This document shows, piece by piece, positions 26,969 through 37,093 of a stretch of DNA of 64,000 nucleotides. The notes beneath the pieces were generated by a model. The model was not told the DNA's origin, did no database searches, and was given only the letters and a program-made list of their open reading frames with translations. This stretch comes from Candidatus Bathyarchaeia archaeon (GTDB lineage: Archaea; Thermoproteota; Bathyarchaeia; Bathyarchaeales; Bathycorpusculaceae). The stretch spans positions 96,001 to 160,000 of the forward strand of contig JBEKHN010000002.1 in NCBI GenBank assembly GCA_050012255.1, in the 5' to 3' direction. A program made the translations under genes and the position numbers. Position 1 is the stretch's first letter. Every line of letters begins with the position of its first letter.

Positions 26969-29209
26969 TTAACGGATAACCCCTAGTTGCTTGTTCAGAT
27001 CGTACACCTGTTGAGTGAGCGGTACATCACGTGCGAGAGTCTTCGAATTTATCAAAATTGCGCAACCATACCGTATTGTCGTTGCTTGTTGGTGTTCTGC
27101 TAGCATGTCTGCCGTAAGCCTAGGAGTTATGTAAAAATCCCAAGTGGCTTCCATGCTTTGTGATTCGTAAGCCCATTTGAAAATCTTCATGTTTGATTTT
27201 CTGTAAAGTTCTTTCTTGTTACTAGGGTCTGGACCACCATAGTCTCTGGCAGTCTTTCTCGCCCTAACTAAGAGGTAAGTATTGAGATGCGGCTTCGCCT
27301 CTCTAAAGTGGTTATCTGAGTGAACGAGAAACATCTTTATACAATTGACTAACTTAGGAACTGAAACTGAAATCTTGGCGGTAAAGTCAATGTTAAATTT
27401 GCTATCACTTAGCGTATCACGAAGGGGGATCGTTCCCTCAGCACAAACAAGTGCTTGAAGGTCATAGTTGAAATCATTAAGGGATTTTAGTTCGCCAAAT
27501 CCTCGGCATCCTTGTACTTCTCCGCTGGACAATGCCATAGCTATTGCTTTCAGAGTCTCGGCGTTCTCAAATCTGTGACCATACCGTGCATATATCTCTG
27601 CCAGATGATACACAAACAATGGTGCAGAAAAACTCGTCCCTAAGAAGCCATCAAAGCTTTGCCCATTTCTGTCAATGGATGCCACGCCCAACACCGTGCC
27701 GTCTTTACAATAATTCCCTCCATGTTCGATAAACTCAGGTTTTTGACAATCATATAGAAAACCATTATTGATCCCGCATCTCGTAAAAGGTGCCAATTCG
27801 TTCATTCGTGAGATTGAATTAGGTGCTTCTTTTTTGGCAATTGCCCCTATTGCTAAAGCGTTAACTGCTTGAGCAGGGTCTTTGACTGGATGGTGCAAAA
27901 TGTAAGATGCGCATGGGACTCCTTTGTATGCATAATCATTCACTACATCGGACTCAATGTTTCCTGTGGAAAATGCCGCACAAATGTTATTCTTTTGTAT
28001 CCATTTATCAATCGAAGCGGTAATCGCATCATTGTATCTTTCAAAGACTATCGACGAAACAAAGATGTGCGAACGCTTAGGGTTTGCCTCACTTGAATAT
28101 TTTGAAATCGCTAACTGATACCCCTCAGGATAAAGTCTCCTATCTGTGTCAGAGTAGATTTTATATGAAATTACCCTTGCTTTTGGAATAGACGAGTTTT
28201 CTCCGAATGCCGTCAAATACGCGATCGGCGTACCATGTCCTCGTTCTCCGAAATCATCGTTGAAATCTGGAAATCGCCTAAATCTGTCCCTTCCGATTAA
28301 CAATCCAGTAAGTTGCGGTATCTCGTTTACGCCAGAGTCGAGTACACATACTATCGGAAGATTATCATACGCGGTTCTATCAGAACCCACCGAAGATGCC
28401 CTGCCCCTAATACTCTGATTTGAGCGAGATCGTTTATTCTTTCTAGAAAGAGACATTTTCCCCAGCAAACCTTTGGGGATTTCGCTTACCCTAAACACAT
28501 AATTGGATACTTTCAACAACTGTTCGGTCGATTCTTGATTAAGAGAGGTCAATACGAAATCATTGTCACAACAACTTTGAGCATTGACATCCGAAAGTTT
28601 AAGGTTCTCCATTAGTTTGCTTGCGTATTCTTGTTTTTTCTCAGGCGAAAGGTTGGGAATCAACTCAATGATAACATCCTTTGGTTCTTTTGACCATTGA
28701 GAATCTCTCAGGTTTTCGGATACTTGTTCCTCCAAGAATAAAGGACTAACTCTTTTTATTGTTTTGAAGTAGACCCTAGAATAGTTTTTTCTCGCCACAA
28801 GACTCATCAACTTGGACAAAGGACAAGAGATAAGCAACTTAGTGTGTTCTAGATTCAAGTAGCAAAGTATTTCAGCAGAAAGATGCTCTAGAACAGTTAA
28901 CGTATTATCGTAAAAAACTTGTTTCCAGATTTCGGAAGGGTCATCTTTACGAACGAAATGACTCTCTACACCCAAAACGACATAAGCTGTATATTTATCT
29001 CGCAACTGTTTTGCTTCAATGGCTGAGACAGTATTCAAGATTTGTTCTCTCATTTCCTTATTGACCCATTCTTTCTCTTCATCCCTGACAGCTTCGTATT
29101 CAGCTTCAACAGGTCCTTTAATCCAAGCAGGTCTTTTCGGACTTTTTTCATCGTTTGTGGTTGCTTTCACAAAAATAAAGCTGTCAGAGTGAGAGGCACT
29201 ATCTACCAA
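26969..29209 (-). CDS. S8 family (subtilase) serine peptidase, cytoplasmic, IetS/Y4bN-like
   Basis: Triad VCVLDSG, GHGTPIA, GTSFSAP; STGN oxyanion; PAQAVNALAIGA; KPEFIEHGGN; long N-terminal region; no signal peptide. Confidence 0.85.
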   Translation of the reverse strand: MVDSASHSDSFIFVKATTNDEKSPKRPAWIKGPVEAEYEAVRDEEKEWVNKEMREQILNTVSAIEAKQLRDKYTAYVVLGVESHFVRKDDPSEIWKQVFYDNTLTVLEHLSAEILCYLNLEHTKLLISCPLSKLMSLVARKNYSRVYFKTIKRVSPLFLEEQVSENLRDSQWSKEPKDVIIELIPNLSPEKKQEYASKLMENLKLSDVNAQSCCDNDFVLTSLNQESTEQLLKVSNYVFRVSEIPKGLLGKMSLSRKNKRSRSNQSIRGRASSVGSDRTAYDNLPIVCVLDSGVNEIPQLTGLLIGRDRFRRFPDFNDDFGERGHGTPIAYLTAFGENSSIPKARVISYKIYSDTDRRLYPEGYQLAISKYSSEANPKRSHIFVSSIVFERYNDAITASIDKWIQKNNICAAFSTGNIESDVVNDYAYKGVPCASYILHHPVKDPAQAVNALAIGAIAKKEAPNSISRMNELAPFTRCGINNGFLYDCQKPEFIEHGGNYCKDGTVLGVASIDRNGQSFDGFLGTSFSAPLFVYHLAEIYARYGHRFENAETLKAIAMALSSGEVQGCRGFGELKSLNDFNYDLQALVCAEGTIPLRDTLSDSKFNIDFTAKISVSVPKLVNCIKMFLVHSDNHFREAKPHLNTYLLVRARKTARDYGGPDPSNKKELYRKSNMKIFKWAYESQSMEATWDFYITPRLTADMLAEHQQATTIRYGCAILINSKTLARDVPLTQQVYDLNKQLGVIR

Positions 29210-29283
29210 GCGGTCTCCCTACTACATGTTAACCGATTGCTTTTAAAACTTATCACAGCAGTAGTAGCTGTGGTTTTCATTTT

Positions 29284-29308
29284 TCATGTCCCTTTAGTTA
29301 ACAGTGTC
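29284..29308 (-). repeat. Right terminal inverted repeat (reverse complement GACACTGTTAACTAAAGGGACATGA)
   Basis: Followed immediately by the target duplication CGGGTTGCG. Confidence 0.92.
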
Positions 29309-29452
29309 CGGGTTGCGAAATGCCTATATCTGTCTCTAGCCGTTAATGGAAGCTACAAACCCCATTATGCGCGATAAGGTGGTCCTGATCGAGGCGGATT
29401 CAATAATACGGCAAATGAGAAAACAATCGACGCACGTAAAGACTGCTGGTCT

Positions 29453-31993
29453 ATGTCCCCTGCGGATGCCTACCATTCCGTTGAAACCAATGAGAACGGT
29501 CTGTCTGAACAAGAAGCTCAACAACGCCTAAAGACATACGGATACAATGAGTTGGAAAGACCGAAATTCGGCTGGGCTCCGATTCTTATTAGACAATTCA
29601 AGAATCCGATATTTGTGATTCTAATCGCATGTGCCATCGTATCAGCGCTCTTCGCCACGCTTGAGCAGGCAATATCCATACTTTTGATGATTGCGATAGC
29701 CGTGGTCTTGGGCTTCGTTAACGAGTACAGAGCTGAGAAGACCGTTCACGACCTTCAAAAGCGCGTATCTATCAGGGCTGTCGTTATAAGAGACAGTAAG
29801 CCCTCCGAAATTGAATCGAGGCTTCTTGTCCCAGGCGACCTTGTCTCCTTCTACGTGGGAGACATCGTCCCAGCCGACATGAGAATAGTACAATCCATCG
29901 ACCTTCACGTTAATGAGGCAGCACTTACCGGAGAATCTTTTCCTGTTGAAAAGACGTCTGAAAGCCTCGATGTTCAACACCCCACGCCGCAGCAGTTGAC
30001 AAACTACATGTTCATGGGCAGCGTGGTGGCAAACGGGAGCGGTCGAGGCATCGTCGTGTCGACAGGAAAAAACTCGGAGTTCGGATCGATATCCAAGAGC
30101 CTAATCCGATCTCACCCTGAAACCCCCTTTCAAAAGGGTGTCAGGAGTTACGGAAACATGCTTCTCACACTGACACTGGCGCTAGTATTGGGAATATTCT
30201 CAATCAACGCCGCCATGGGTCATAACCCGGTCGATTCTCTGCTTTTCTCTCTCGCAGTTGCCGTCGGGCTCGTGCCCGAGCTGATGCCCGCCATCGTAAC
30301 GATCAGCCTCTCTCAAGGGGCGAGGAAAATGTCGAGGCTGAAGGTCATCGTGAAACGCCTAGTTTCGATAGAGGACTTCGGCAACATGGATGTCCTGTGC
30401 ACTGACAAAACAGGGACGCTCACAGAGGGCAAGATCTCCCTAAAGGACTACTGTTCGCCTGGCGCAGACAAAGATCCGAGAGTCATCCCCTATTCGCTGC
30501 TCTGCAACACCGCGATCCAAGGGGAGAAGATCACTGGCAACCCAATGGATGTGGCGATCTGGGAGTATGCTATCAAGAATGGCGCACAAGAAGGTGTGAC
30601 ATCCTACGGTAGGACGAGCGAGATTCCATTTGACTACCAGCGGAGAATGATGTCGGTGGTAGTTAGAAAGGATAGCGATTTCTTCCTCATCACTAAGGGT
30701 GCTCCAGAATCAGTTCTCTCCAGATGTGACTACTCTGAGACTCTGGGTAAGAAGGAACCAATAGGCGACGTTCTGAAGTCAATTCGTGCCAAGTTTTCCG
30801 ATCTCTCAATGCAGGGATACCGTGTTTTAGCAATCGCAAGTCGAAGCATAGACCAGAAGAAAGCGTACACGGTTGAAGACGAGGCGAACCTAACGTTTCT
30901 AGGCCTCCTAATATTCACTGACCCCTGTAAAGAGGATGCCCATCAAGCGATCATAAAGCTGAAGGAGATGGGGGTTGACGTCAAGATACTCACAGGCGAC
31001 AACGAGCTCGTAGCGAGAAAAATATGTGAGGAAGTAGATGTTCCCGTTAGAAAAATAGTATCTGGTTCAGAATTAACTCAGATGAGCTCGACCGAAATTA
31101 AGAAGGCAGCAGAAGAGGCCACAATTTTCGCTAGGATCACCCCAGAACAGAAGCTAGACATTATCAAAGCCCTAAAGGAGAACAAGCATGTGGTGGGCTT
31201 CATGGGTGACGGAGTGAATGATGCTCCAGCCCTCTACGAGGCAGACGTGGGCATATCGGTCGACACAGCGGTTGATGTTTCTAAAGACGCAGCGGACATT
31301 GTGCTTCTGGAAAAAGATCTGCCGGTGCTAGTAGACGGTATTAATGAGGGCAGAAAGATCTTCGGCAACACCATAAAGTATGTTCTAATGGGAACGAGTT
31401 CGAACTTTGGAAACATGTTCAGCGCCGCAGCAGCCTCTATCTTCCTTCCATTTCTCCCGATGTTGCCGATTCAGATACTCTTCATGAACCTGCTGTACGA
31501 CATGTCTAACATGACGATACCAACCGACAACGTTGATGAAGAGTACACCAAGACGCCAAGAAAATGGGACATGAGCTTCGTGCGAAAGTACACGCTGTTC
31601 TTCGGCCCATTCAGTTCCGTCTATGACTTTCTAACCTACGGCATCATGCTTTTCGTCTTCGGATGTTGGGCAGGAACAAATGGTAGCTACCTAGCAGCAC
31701 TGTTCCAAAGTGCATGGTTCGTAGAATCATTCTGGACAGAGGTCTTAATCATGTTCGTCATCAGGACTAGGCGCATCCCCTTCTTCACAAGCCGTCCAGG
31801 GAAGTGGCTAGCAGGATTCTTAATAGGGTTCGTCGCGTTCGGAACCATATTGCCATTCACACCTTTCGGCGGCTTCTTGGGAATGGTGCCGCTTCCAGCC
31901 GAATTCTGGGTTCTGGTCGCGCTTATGACAGTTACCTATCTGTTTCTTGTGGATGCAGGCAAAGTGTTCTTCTACAAGATATGCAAGTTTTAA
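29453..31993 (+). CDS. mgtA: Magnesium-translocating P-type ATPase
   Basis: TGESFPVEK, AVGLVPELMP, DVLCTDKTGTLT, PFDYQRRMMSV, SSNFGNMFS, NLLYD, P.DNVD. Confidence 0.92.
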   Translation: MSPADAYHSVETNENGLSEQEAQQRLKTYGYNELERPKFGWAPILIRQFKNPIFVILIACAIVSALFATLEQAISILLMIAIAVVLGFVNEYRAEKTVHDLQKRVSIRAVVIRDSKPSEIESRLLVPGDLVSFYVGDIVPADMRIVQSIDLHVNEAALTGESFPVEKTSESLDVQHPTPQQLTNYMFMGSVVANGSGRGIVVSTGKNSEFGSISKSLIRSHPETPFQKGVRSYGNMLLTLTLALVLGIFSINAAMGHNPVDSLLFSLAVAVGLVPELMPAIVTISLSQGARKMSRLKVIVKRLVSIEDFGNMDVLCTDKTGTLTEGKISLKDYCSPGADKDPRVIPYSLLCNTAIQGEKITGNPMDVAIWEYAIKNGAQEGVTSYGRTSEIPFDYQRRMMSVVVRKDSDFFLITKGAPESVLSRCDYSETLGKKEPIGDVLKSIRAKFSDLSMQGYRVLAIASRSIDQKKAYTVEDEANLTFLGLLIFTDPCKEDAHQAIIKLKEMGVDVKILTGDNELVARKICEEVDVPVRKIVSGSELTQMSSTEIKKAAEEATIFARITPEQKLDIIKALKENKHVVGFMGDGVNDAPALYEADVGISVDTAVDVSKDAADIVLLEKDLPVLVDGINEGRKIFGNTIKYVLMGTSSNFGNMFSAAAASIFLPFLPMLPIQILFMNLLYDMSNMTIPTDNVDEEYTKTPRKWDMSFVRKYTLFFGPFSSVYDFLTYGIMLFVFGCWAGTNGSYLAALFQSAWFVESFWTEVLIMFVIRTRRIPFFTSRPGKWLAGFLIGFVAFGTILPFTPFGGFLGMVPLPAEFWVLVALMTVTYLFLVDAGKVFFYKICKF

Positions 31994-32002
31994 AGGAGGA
32001 AA

Positions 32003-32452
32003 TTGGTGTTGACTATTGACCTATTCACTTGGTGGGCTATCAGCATTTCCTGGAGCATCGCTTTTCTAATAGTAGCCGGCTTTTACCTCTATGCAAGCAG
32101 CAGACCTAAGCGCAAAGAAGATACACGGGAAGAAAGCAAACGAAAGACGAATGATGAGCATTCAGTTAAAGCGCGCACGTACAAAACTCAACTGAAAGCA
32201 ACGGCAGGAAGCATAGCCAAAAACTTCATTTTCGTTTGGATCCTGCTGGGTCTTCTTGTCTTCTACATCTTCTCAGTCCAGCTGGGCACAGGCACGCTGC
32301 CAGAGGCGGTTTTCGCGGCGGGCAACATCGTTGTCGAAGCCCTTTTAGTCTTTTATTTGCTTAAGAACAGGGATAAAATCCCCACTGAAGAACAGACGGA
32401 AAAGGCAGGACGAGAATTGCATGCTGAAGCGCGCGCTCCAACAGAGAATTGA
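32003..32452 (+). CDS. Hypothetical membrane protein (3 TM)
   Basis: GGAGG RBS, 9 bp after the mgtA stop; three hydrophobic segments. Confidence 0.6.
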   Translation: MVLTIDLFTWWAISISWSIAFLIVAGFYLYASSRPKRKEDTREESKRKTNDEHSVKARTYKTQLKATAGSIAKNFIFVWILLGLLVFYIFSVQLGTGTLPEAVFAAGNIVVEALLVFYLLKNRDKIPTEEQTEKAGRELHAEARAPTEN

Positions 32453-32525
32453 AACATGAAAAAGCAAACCGCAGCGCTCATAGTTACTTACTTGCGGGAA
32501 GACCCGATGCACTTTGGAGCATTAT

Positions 32526-33425
32526 CTAGACAGTGGGTGGTGGCGGCGGAGGAAGCGGCTGAGCTGGTTCTTCAGGACTCTTTTCTTTCCCGATCCGGGC
32601 TAGGACGATGGCGGCGACGATGAGCAGGAGAACCACAACTATGATTGGCAAGTATTGCTTGTAGTCTTCCCACAGACTGGTTGCTGTGGGAGCAACGGTC
32701 GGAAGGGGAACGGTGCCTTCGGTCAACATCACGTAAGGCACGTCGAACGGTAGCTGAACGCTCTGGCTGAAGACTCCTCTGTAGAGCTCCGTGAGTGCGT
32801 AAACGTCAAGTGTTGAAGGATAAACAACCTCGTTCTTTGACGAGGTGTAGTACATGAGCTCCGGCCCGTTCAACGTGCTGGGTGAAGAGGCATGTCCCAG
32901 ACCAAGCGCATGTCCAAACTCATGCATTGCAACGTCTTTCACGAACAGGCTGCTCGCGGTTGCGGAGCTGGTTGTTACGGTAATAGTTATTGGGGGAATC
33001 GGCTCTTGCGTTGCTGGCTGAAAATCATAGGTCGTCAGGCCGACGATGCTGGAACCCGGCGGCATCCTGTTTGGAGTAAAGGTCACGAGCACGTCGTAAT
33101 CCTGCGTTGCGTTGATGCTGCTAACGTAGAAAACATAGCTCATTGCTGGCAGCGAAGTGTCGTTGAAGGTTTGAGTGTAGTTCCAGATGCTTTTCATCCA
33201 ATCGTCCAAAGCTTCGCGGACGGCAAGAGCGTAGTCTGGCACGCTCCACTGGTTCATGTCAACAAGAACCCTCAGAGGAAATCTGGTCCACCTAAACTCT
33301 TCAAGCTTAATAGAATAGGAAGACTGAATCAGCGCCGACTTCCCAGCTGACGAGGCACAACCAACAAGCAGTGCTGCTACTAGCAAAGAGCACAAGATCG
33401 ACTTCGCTTTGATGAAGATGACCAT
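32526..33425 (-). CDS. Matrixin-like (metzincin) metalloprotease, membrane anchored
   Basis: HEFGHALGLGH + ELMY Met-turn; lipobox-like LVGC; C-terminal TM and poly-Pro tail. Confidence 0.85.
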   Translation of the reverse strand: MVIFIKAKSILCSLLVAALLVGCASSAGKSALIQSSYSIKLEEFRWTRFPLRVLVDMNQWSVPDYALAVREALDDWMKSIWNYTQTFNDTSLPAMSYVFYVSSINATQDYDVLVTFTPNRMPPGSSIVGLTTYDFQPATQEPIPPITITVTTSSATASSLFVKDVAMHEFGHALGLGHASSPSTLNGPELMYYTSSKNEVVYPSTLDVYALTELYRGVFSQSVQLPFDVPYVMLTEGTVPLPTVAPTATSLWEDYKQYLPIIVVVLLLIVAAIVLARIGKEKSPEEPAQPLPPPPPPTV

Positions 33426-33684
33426 TCTGCGTGCCCTCTTTCAGGTCAAAGGTCCTGCGCAGAGATCCTGTTTCCAGTCGGATTCTTAAACGTGTTTTCC
33501 CTGAAAACCTCAAGACGCACGTTTCAGAACTTGATATCCGGTTCACACAGTTACATCAATCTCAGGAAAGTCTCAGTTCAGTACCTGAAGTGAGAACTGA
33601 CACTCTAAGCGGAAGCACCACACGTGGGCAAGCTCTGAGCAACGCGGATAAAATCAGGAGACGCAGTGATGGTGTAGTGCATTG

Positions 33685-33854
33685 AAAAGTCAGTACCCTT
33701 GCCAGCCTCTCTGCGAAGCCCTCGGCACGCGCTCAGCCTCAAGCCCGTACAAATCCGCTAGGGCCTTCTCCAGCGCCTGCGTGCAGTACTAGTACCCTAG
33801 GGGGGAGGGGGAGGGTGGAATAGACGGGTGAAAACGCGAATACAGGGATGTAGC
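33685..33854 (+). repeat. About 170-bp dispersed intergenic repeat, copy A
   Basis: Aligns over its length with the reverse complement of 41725-41897; 29-nt identical core CGTGCAGTACTAGTACCCTAGGGGGGAGG. Confidence 0.85.
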
Positions 33855-33889
33855 GGATGTAACGGAGAACAGTCCTCCTGGTCTGCGAC

Positions 33890-34708
33890 TCAACTTTTTC
33901 TTTCCAAATGGCTTATGAGGCTTTCAAACACCAGTTTTCCGTCTCCGTACTCGGACATCCGTTTCTGTCTCGTCCAGTCTGGCTGCTGCCACCAGTAGAA
34001 GGCTCTTTCCGGATGCGGCATCAAGCCGAACACGGTTCCCTCAGGGTTGCACACACCCACTATGTCATGAAACGAGCCGTTCGGGTTTGTCGGATAAGCG
34101 CCCTCTGCGTACTCGCCGCCGCTGTTGCAGTAGCGGAAGACAAGCTGATCATTCTCGTAAAGCCTCTCCAAGCACTGCCTCTCTTTTTCTTTTGCAAACA
34201 TGAACCTGCCCTCACTGTGCGCGACTGGCACACGAAGTACCTTTCCCCCAGGAATCTTCGACGTGAATACGCACTTTCCCCTGTTTTCATGCTTAACGCT
34301 AACCCATCTGCAATTGTACCCTGGCGGAAAATTAGTGGCCAAGGCTGCCTCAGGATAAAGACTAATTCCTTCAAAAGCCGGAAGCAACCCTGCCTCAACG
34401 AGCACCTGAAACCCATTGCAGATGCCGAGGATCGGACGGTTTTCGTCCACAAAAACTCTCAACTCTCTGCCCAACTTGGACATTAACCATTTCGCCCATA
34501 TGGCTCCAGCTCTAACGTAATCTCCGTAAGCGAAACCGCCTGGAAAGACCAACGCGTCATAGTCTAACATGCTTCGCCGCTTCACCATCTCGTTCGCATG
34601 CACAACTTCGGCTTGAACGCCCAGCGCTTCGAACGCCCGTCTCGTCTCAGCATCACAGTTCGTTCCGCCTACCCGCGAAACACAAACCCTGATCTCTTCC
34701 CGCTTCAC
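33890..34708 (-). CDS. purQ: FGAM synthase glutaminase subunit
   Basis: GTNCD, PGGFAYGDY, GICNGFQVL, AHSEG, NPNGS, GLMPHPER. Confidence 0.96.
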   Translation of the reverse strand: MKREEIRVCVSRVGGTNCDAETRRAFEALGVQAEVVHANEMVKRRSMLDYDALVFPGGFAYGDYVRAGAIWAKWLMSKLGRELRVFVDENRPILGICNGFQVLVEAGLLPAFEGISLYPEAALATNFPPGYNCRWVSVKHENRGKCVFTSKIPGGKVLRVPVAHSEGRFMFAKEKERQCLERLYENDQLVFRYCNSGGEYAEGAYPTNPNGSFHDIVGVCNPEGTVFGLMPHPERAFYWWQQPDWTRQKRMSEYGDGKLVFESLISHLERKS

Positions 34709-34711
34709 AGC

Positions 34712-37093
34712 CTAAGCCCTCCTGCTAAACGTTCGCTTCCAACTCGCCACCAGATCATTAAGCGAAACGTCAACGACAACCTCGCCCGCCAACCCTGTGA
34801 CACACAGTCTAGGAGACTTTGTAACCCTGCCAATCTCTGCAAAAACCCTGCCTTCCATTACCTCCTCAAAACGTTCCTTCGCCTCTCCAGAAACTTCTAC
34901 GAGGAAACGACTGTTCGACTCCGAGAACAGCAGAAAATCGTCACGGTTCAACTTCTGCGAAGAAACCTTCCTCAGATCCAGCGCGATCCCGTACCCACCT
35001 GCAAAAGCCATCTCCGCTGCGCTGACGGCCAAACCTCCTTCAGAAAGGTCGTGACATGCTCTGACCAGTCCAGAATCAATCGCCCTGGTCACTGCGCCAA
35101 AGGTCTTCTCAGCCTGGTTCCTCCGCACTTTAGGCACGGTTCTTCCGAGAACTCCATTCATTCTATAGTATTCCGAACCGCCGAGCTCTTTGAAAGTTCC
35201 TCCAACGAGATAGATCAAATCATTCGCGGCCTTGACATCCACAGACACTGCGGAGCGCACATCAGGAACTATGCCTAGAGCTGTTATCAACAGCGTCGGA
35301 GTCACCGGGCCCAGAGGTGACTCGTTGTAGAGGCTGTCCTTCCCCGAGATGAACGGTGTGCCGTATCCAATCGCGAAGTCATAACATGCCTCGCACGCCC
35401 TAACCAAGCTCCCAAGCCTCTCTGGCCGTTCAGGATTGCCCCACGTAAAGTTGTCAAGAAGAGCTATTCGTCTTCCGCCCACAGCCACGTTGTTTCGCAC
35501 CGCTTCATCTATGACAGAAGCAGCCATCCAGTAAGTGTCTATTTTTCCGTAGTTCGGGTTCATGCCGCACGAGATTGCCACACCCTTCCAACTATCATCC
35601 AAAGGTTTCAACACGGCAGCGTCGTTGGGACCGCCGTTCTTGCCCTGCAATGGCTTCAGCACCGTGTTCCCTTTCACTTCATGATCGTACGTTCGCACGA
35701 CGCTCTCTTTGCTCGCAATGTTAGGCGAAGAAAGAAGCCGCAAGACCGTTTCTGCGAGGTCTTCCTGTGTGGGAACTTCAGGCTCCTCCAAGTTTGCTAC
35801 TTTGTATTTCGCCATTTTCGTCATTCTAGGCGGCTCAAACAAGAATGAGATGTCCATTTCTGCAACTGTTAGGCCGTGAAAGCTCAGTCTTAGTGTTCTG
35901 TTTGAGGTCAGCTTTCCGATGGCCGCGGCTTCAACGTCTTCATCTTCAAAAACAGCTAACAAATGTTCGAGGTTTTCAGGCGGCGCTGTTAGGAGCATTC
36001 TCTCTTGAGATTCTGAAACGTAGATTTCCCATGGGGCTAGGTCCGCATGTTTCAAGGGAACTCTTTCAAGCTCCACCGTAGCGCCGCAGTCAAACTTTTT
36101 CGCGGTTTCGCCCACGGCAGAGGACAGACCACCACCGCCTAAGTCTGTGATTGCAGATGCCAGCCCGAGGTCTCGGATTTTGATTATTGCCCTCTTGAGC
36201 TTTTCCTCCTCGATCGGGTTGGCTATCTGAACTGCGGGGCGAGAAACCTCCTCTGATTTTTCCGTCAGTTCTGCAGAAGCGAAGGTCACGCCGTGTATGC
36301 CGTCCCGGCCAGTTTTCCCACCGGCCAAAACGATGACCTCATTCGATTTCGCGTCTTTCCTAAACTTCTTGAGTGGAAGAAGCCCAACACATCCGCAGTA
36401 GACCACGACATTCCCAACGTAGCTTTCATCGAAGTATATGGCACCGTTTACCGTTGGAATGCCCATGTTATTACCGTAGCTTCCTATGCCAGCAACGACG
36501 CCCATGTAAACGTATTTTGGATGCTTAACCCCAGCTGGAAGTTTCTCATAATCAAAATCCAGCGGTCCGAATCCCAAGACATCGGTGCACGCGATCGGGT
36601 CCGCCCAAACGCCTAAGATGTCCCGGATGACACCGCCTGTTCCAGTTGCCGCACCTCCGAAGGGCTCGACTGCAGATGGGTGATTGTGCGTTTCAACTTT
36701 GATTGCTACTCCGTAACCCTTGTCAAAATCGACTATACCAGCATTATCTTCAAAAACAGAGAAGCACCAGGACGGGTTGATTTCCTCCACAACTTTCCTG
36801 ATGTACTTTTTGAACAGGTTGTCGATTTCCTTCCCGCCGAATCTTATCTTGCCCTTGAAAGTTTTGTGGAAACAGTGCTCTGACCACGTCTGTCCTATCG
36901 TTTGAAGCTCCACATCAGTGGGATTCCGTCTTTTTTTTGCGAAATACTGTTTGGCCAGATTCATTTCTTCCAGGTTCAGGCCGATGCCGAGTTCACGGCT
37001 TATCTCAACAAGCTGCTCGTTTGTTGCATTGTTAACATTAACTTCAAAGACGGGAAAAGGGGTTTCTCTTCGGATGTAAAAGCTTGCAGTCAT
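34712..37093 (-). CDS. purL: FGAM synthase subunit
   Basis: WSEHCFHK, KVETHNHPS, GRDGIHG, SESQERM, HDLSEGG. Confidence 0.97.
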   Translation of the reverse strand: MTASFYIRRETPFPVFEVNVNNATNEQLVEISRELGIGLNLEEMNLAKQYFAKKRRNPTDVELQTIGQTWSEHCFHKTFKGKIRFGGKEIDNLFKKYIRKVVEEINPSWCFSVFEDNAGIVDFDKGYGVAIKVETHNHPSAVEPFGGAATGTGGVIRDILGVWADPIACTDVLGFGPLDFDYEKLPAGVKHPKYVYMGVVAGIGSYGNNMGIPTVNGAIYFDESYVGNVVVYCGCVGLLPLKKFRKDAKSNEVIVLAGGKTGRDGIHGVTFASAELTEKSEEVSRPAVQIANPIEEEKLKRAIIKIRDLGLASAITDLGGGGLSSAVGETAKKFDCGATVELERVPLKHADLAPWEIYVSESQERMLLTAPPENLEHLLAVFEDEDVEAAAIGKLTSNRTLRLSFHGLTVAEMDISFLFEPPRMTKMAKYKVANLEEPEVPTQEDLAETVLRLLSSPNIASKESVVRTYDHEVKGNTVLKPLQGKNGGPNDAAVLKPLDDSWKGVAISCGMNPNYGKIDTYWMAASVIDEAVRNNVAVGGRRIALLDNFTWGNPERPERLGSLVRACEACYDFAIGYGTPFISGKDSLYNESPLGPVTPTLLITALGIVPDVRSAVSVDVKAANDLIYLVGGTFKELGGSEYYRMNGVLGRTVPKVRRNQAEKTFGAVTRAIDSGLVRACHDLSEGGLAVSAAEMAFAGGYGIALDLRKVSSQKLNRDDFLLFSESNSRFLVEVSGEAKERFEEVMEGRVFAEIGRVTKSPRLCVTGLAGEVVVDVSLNDLVASWKRTFSRRA

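Larger units (their letters stand above)
22448..29308. mobile_element. 6,861-bp non-composite transposon (IS6/IS1-like DDE transposase with passenger defence-type genes)
   Basis: 25-bp TIRs, 22/25 identical (22448-22472 and 29284-29308). Flanking direct repeat CGGGTTGCG at 22439-22447 and 29309-29317. One internal transposase; visibly AT-richer than flanks. Confidence 0.92.

Noticed and set aside
29346-29531. 61-aa ORF overlapping the mgtA start as a leader peptide or frameshifted N-terminus
   Set aside because: No MgtL-like character or slippery site evident; MgtA looks essentially complete from 29453.
33431-33685. ORFs 33431-33685, 41690-41950 and 41758-41943 as genes
   Set aside because: They lie next to or across the dispersed repeat; frames are not conserved between repeat copies and no family is recognisable.
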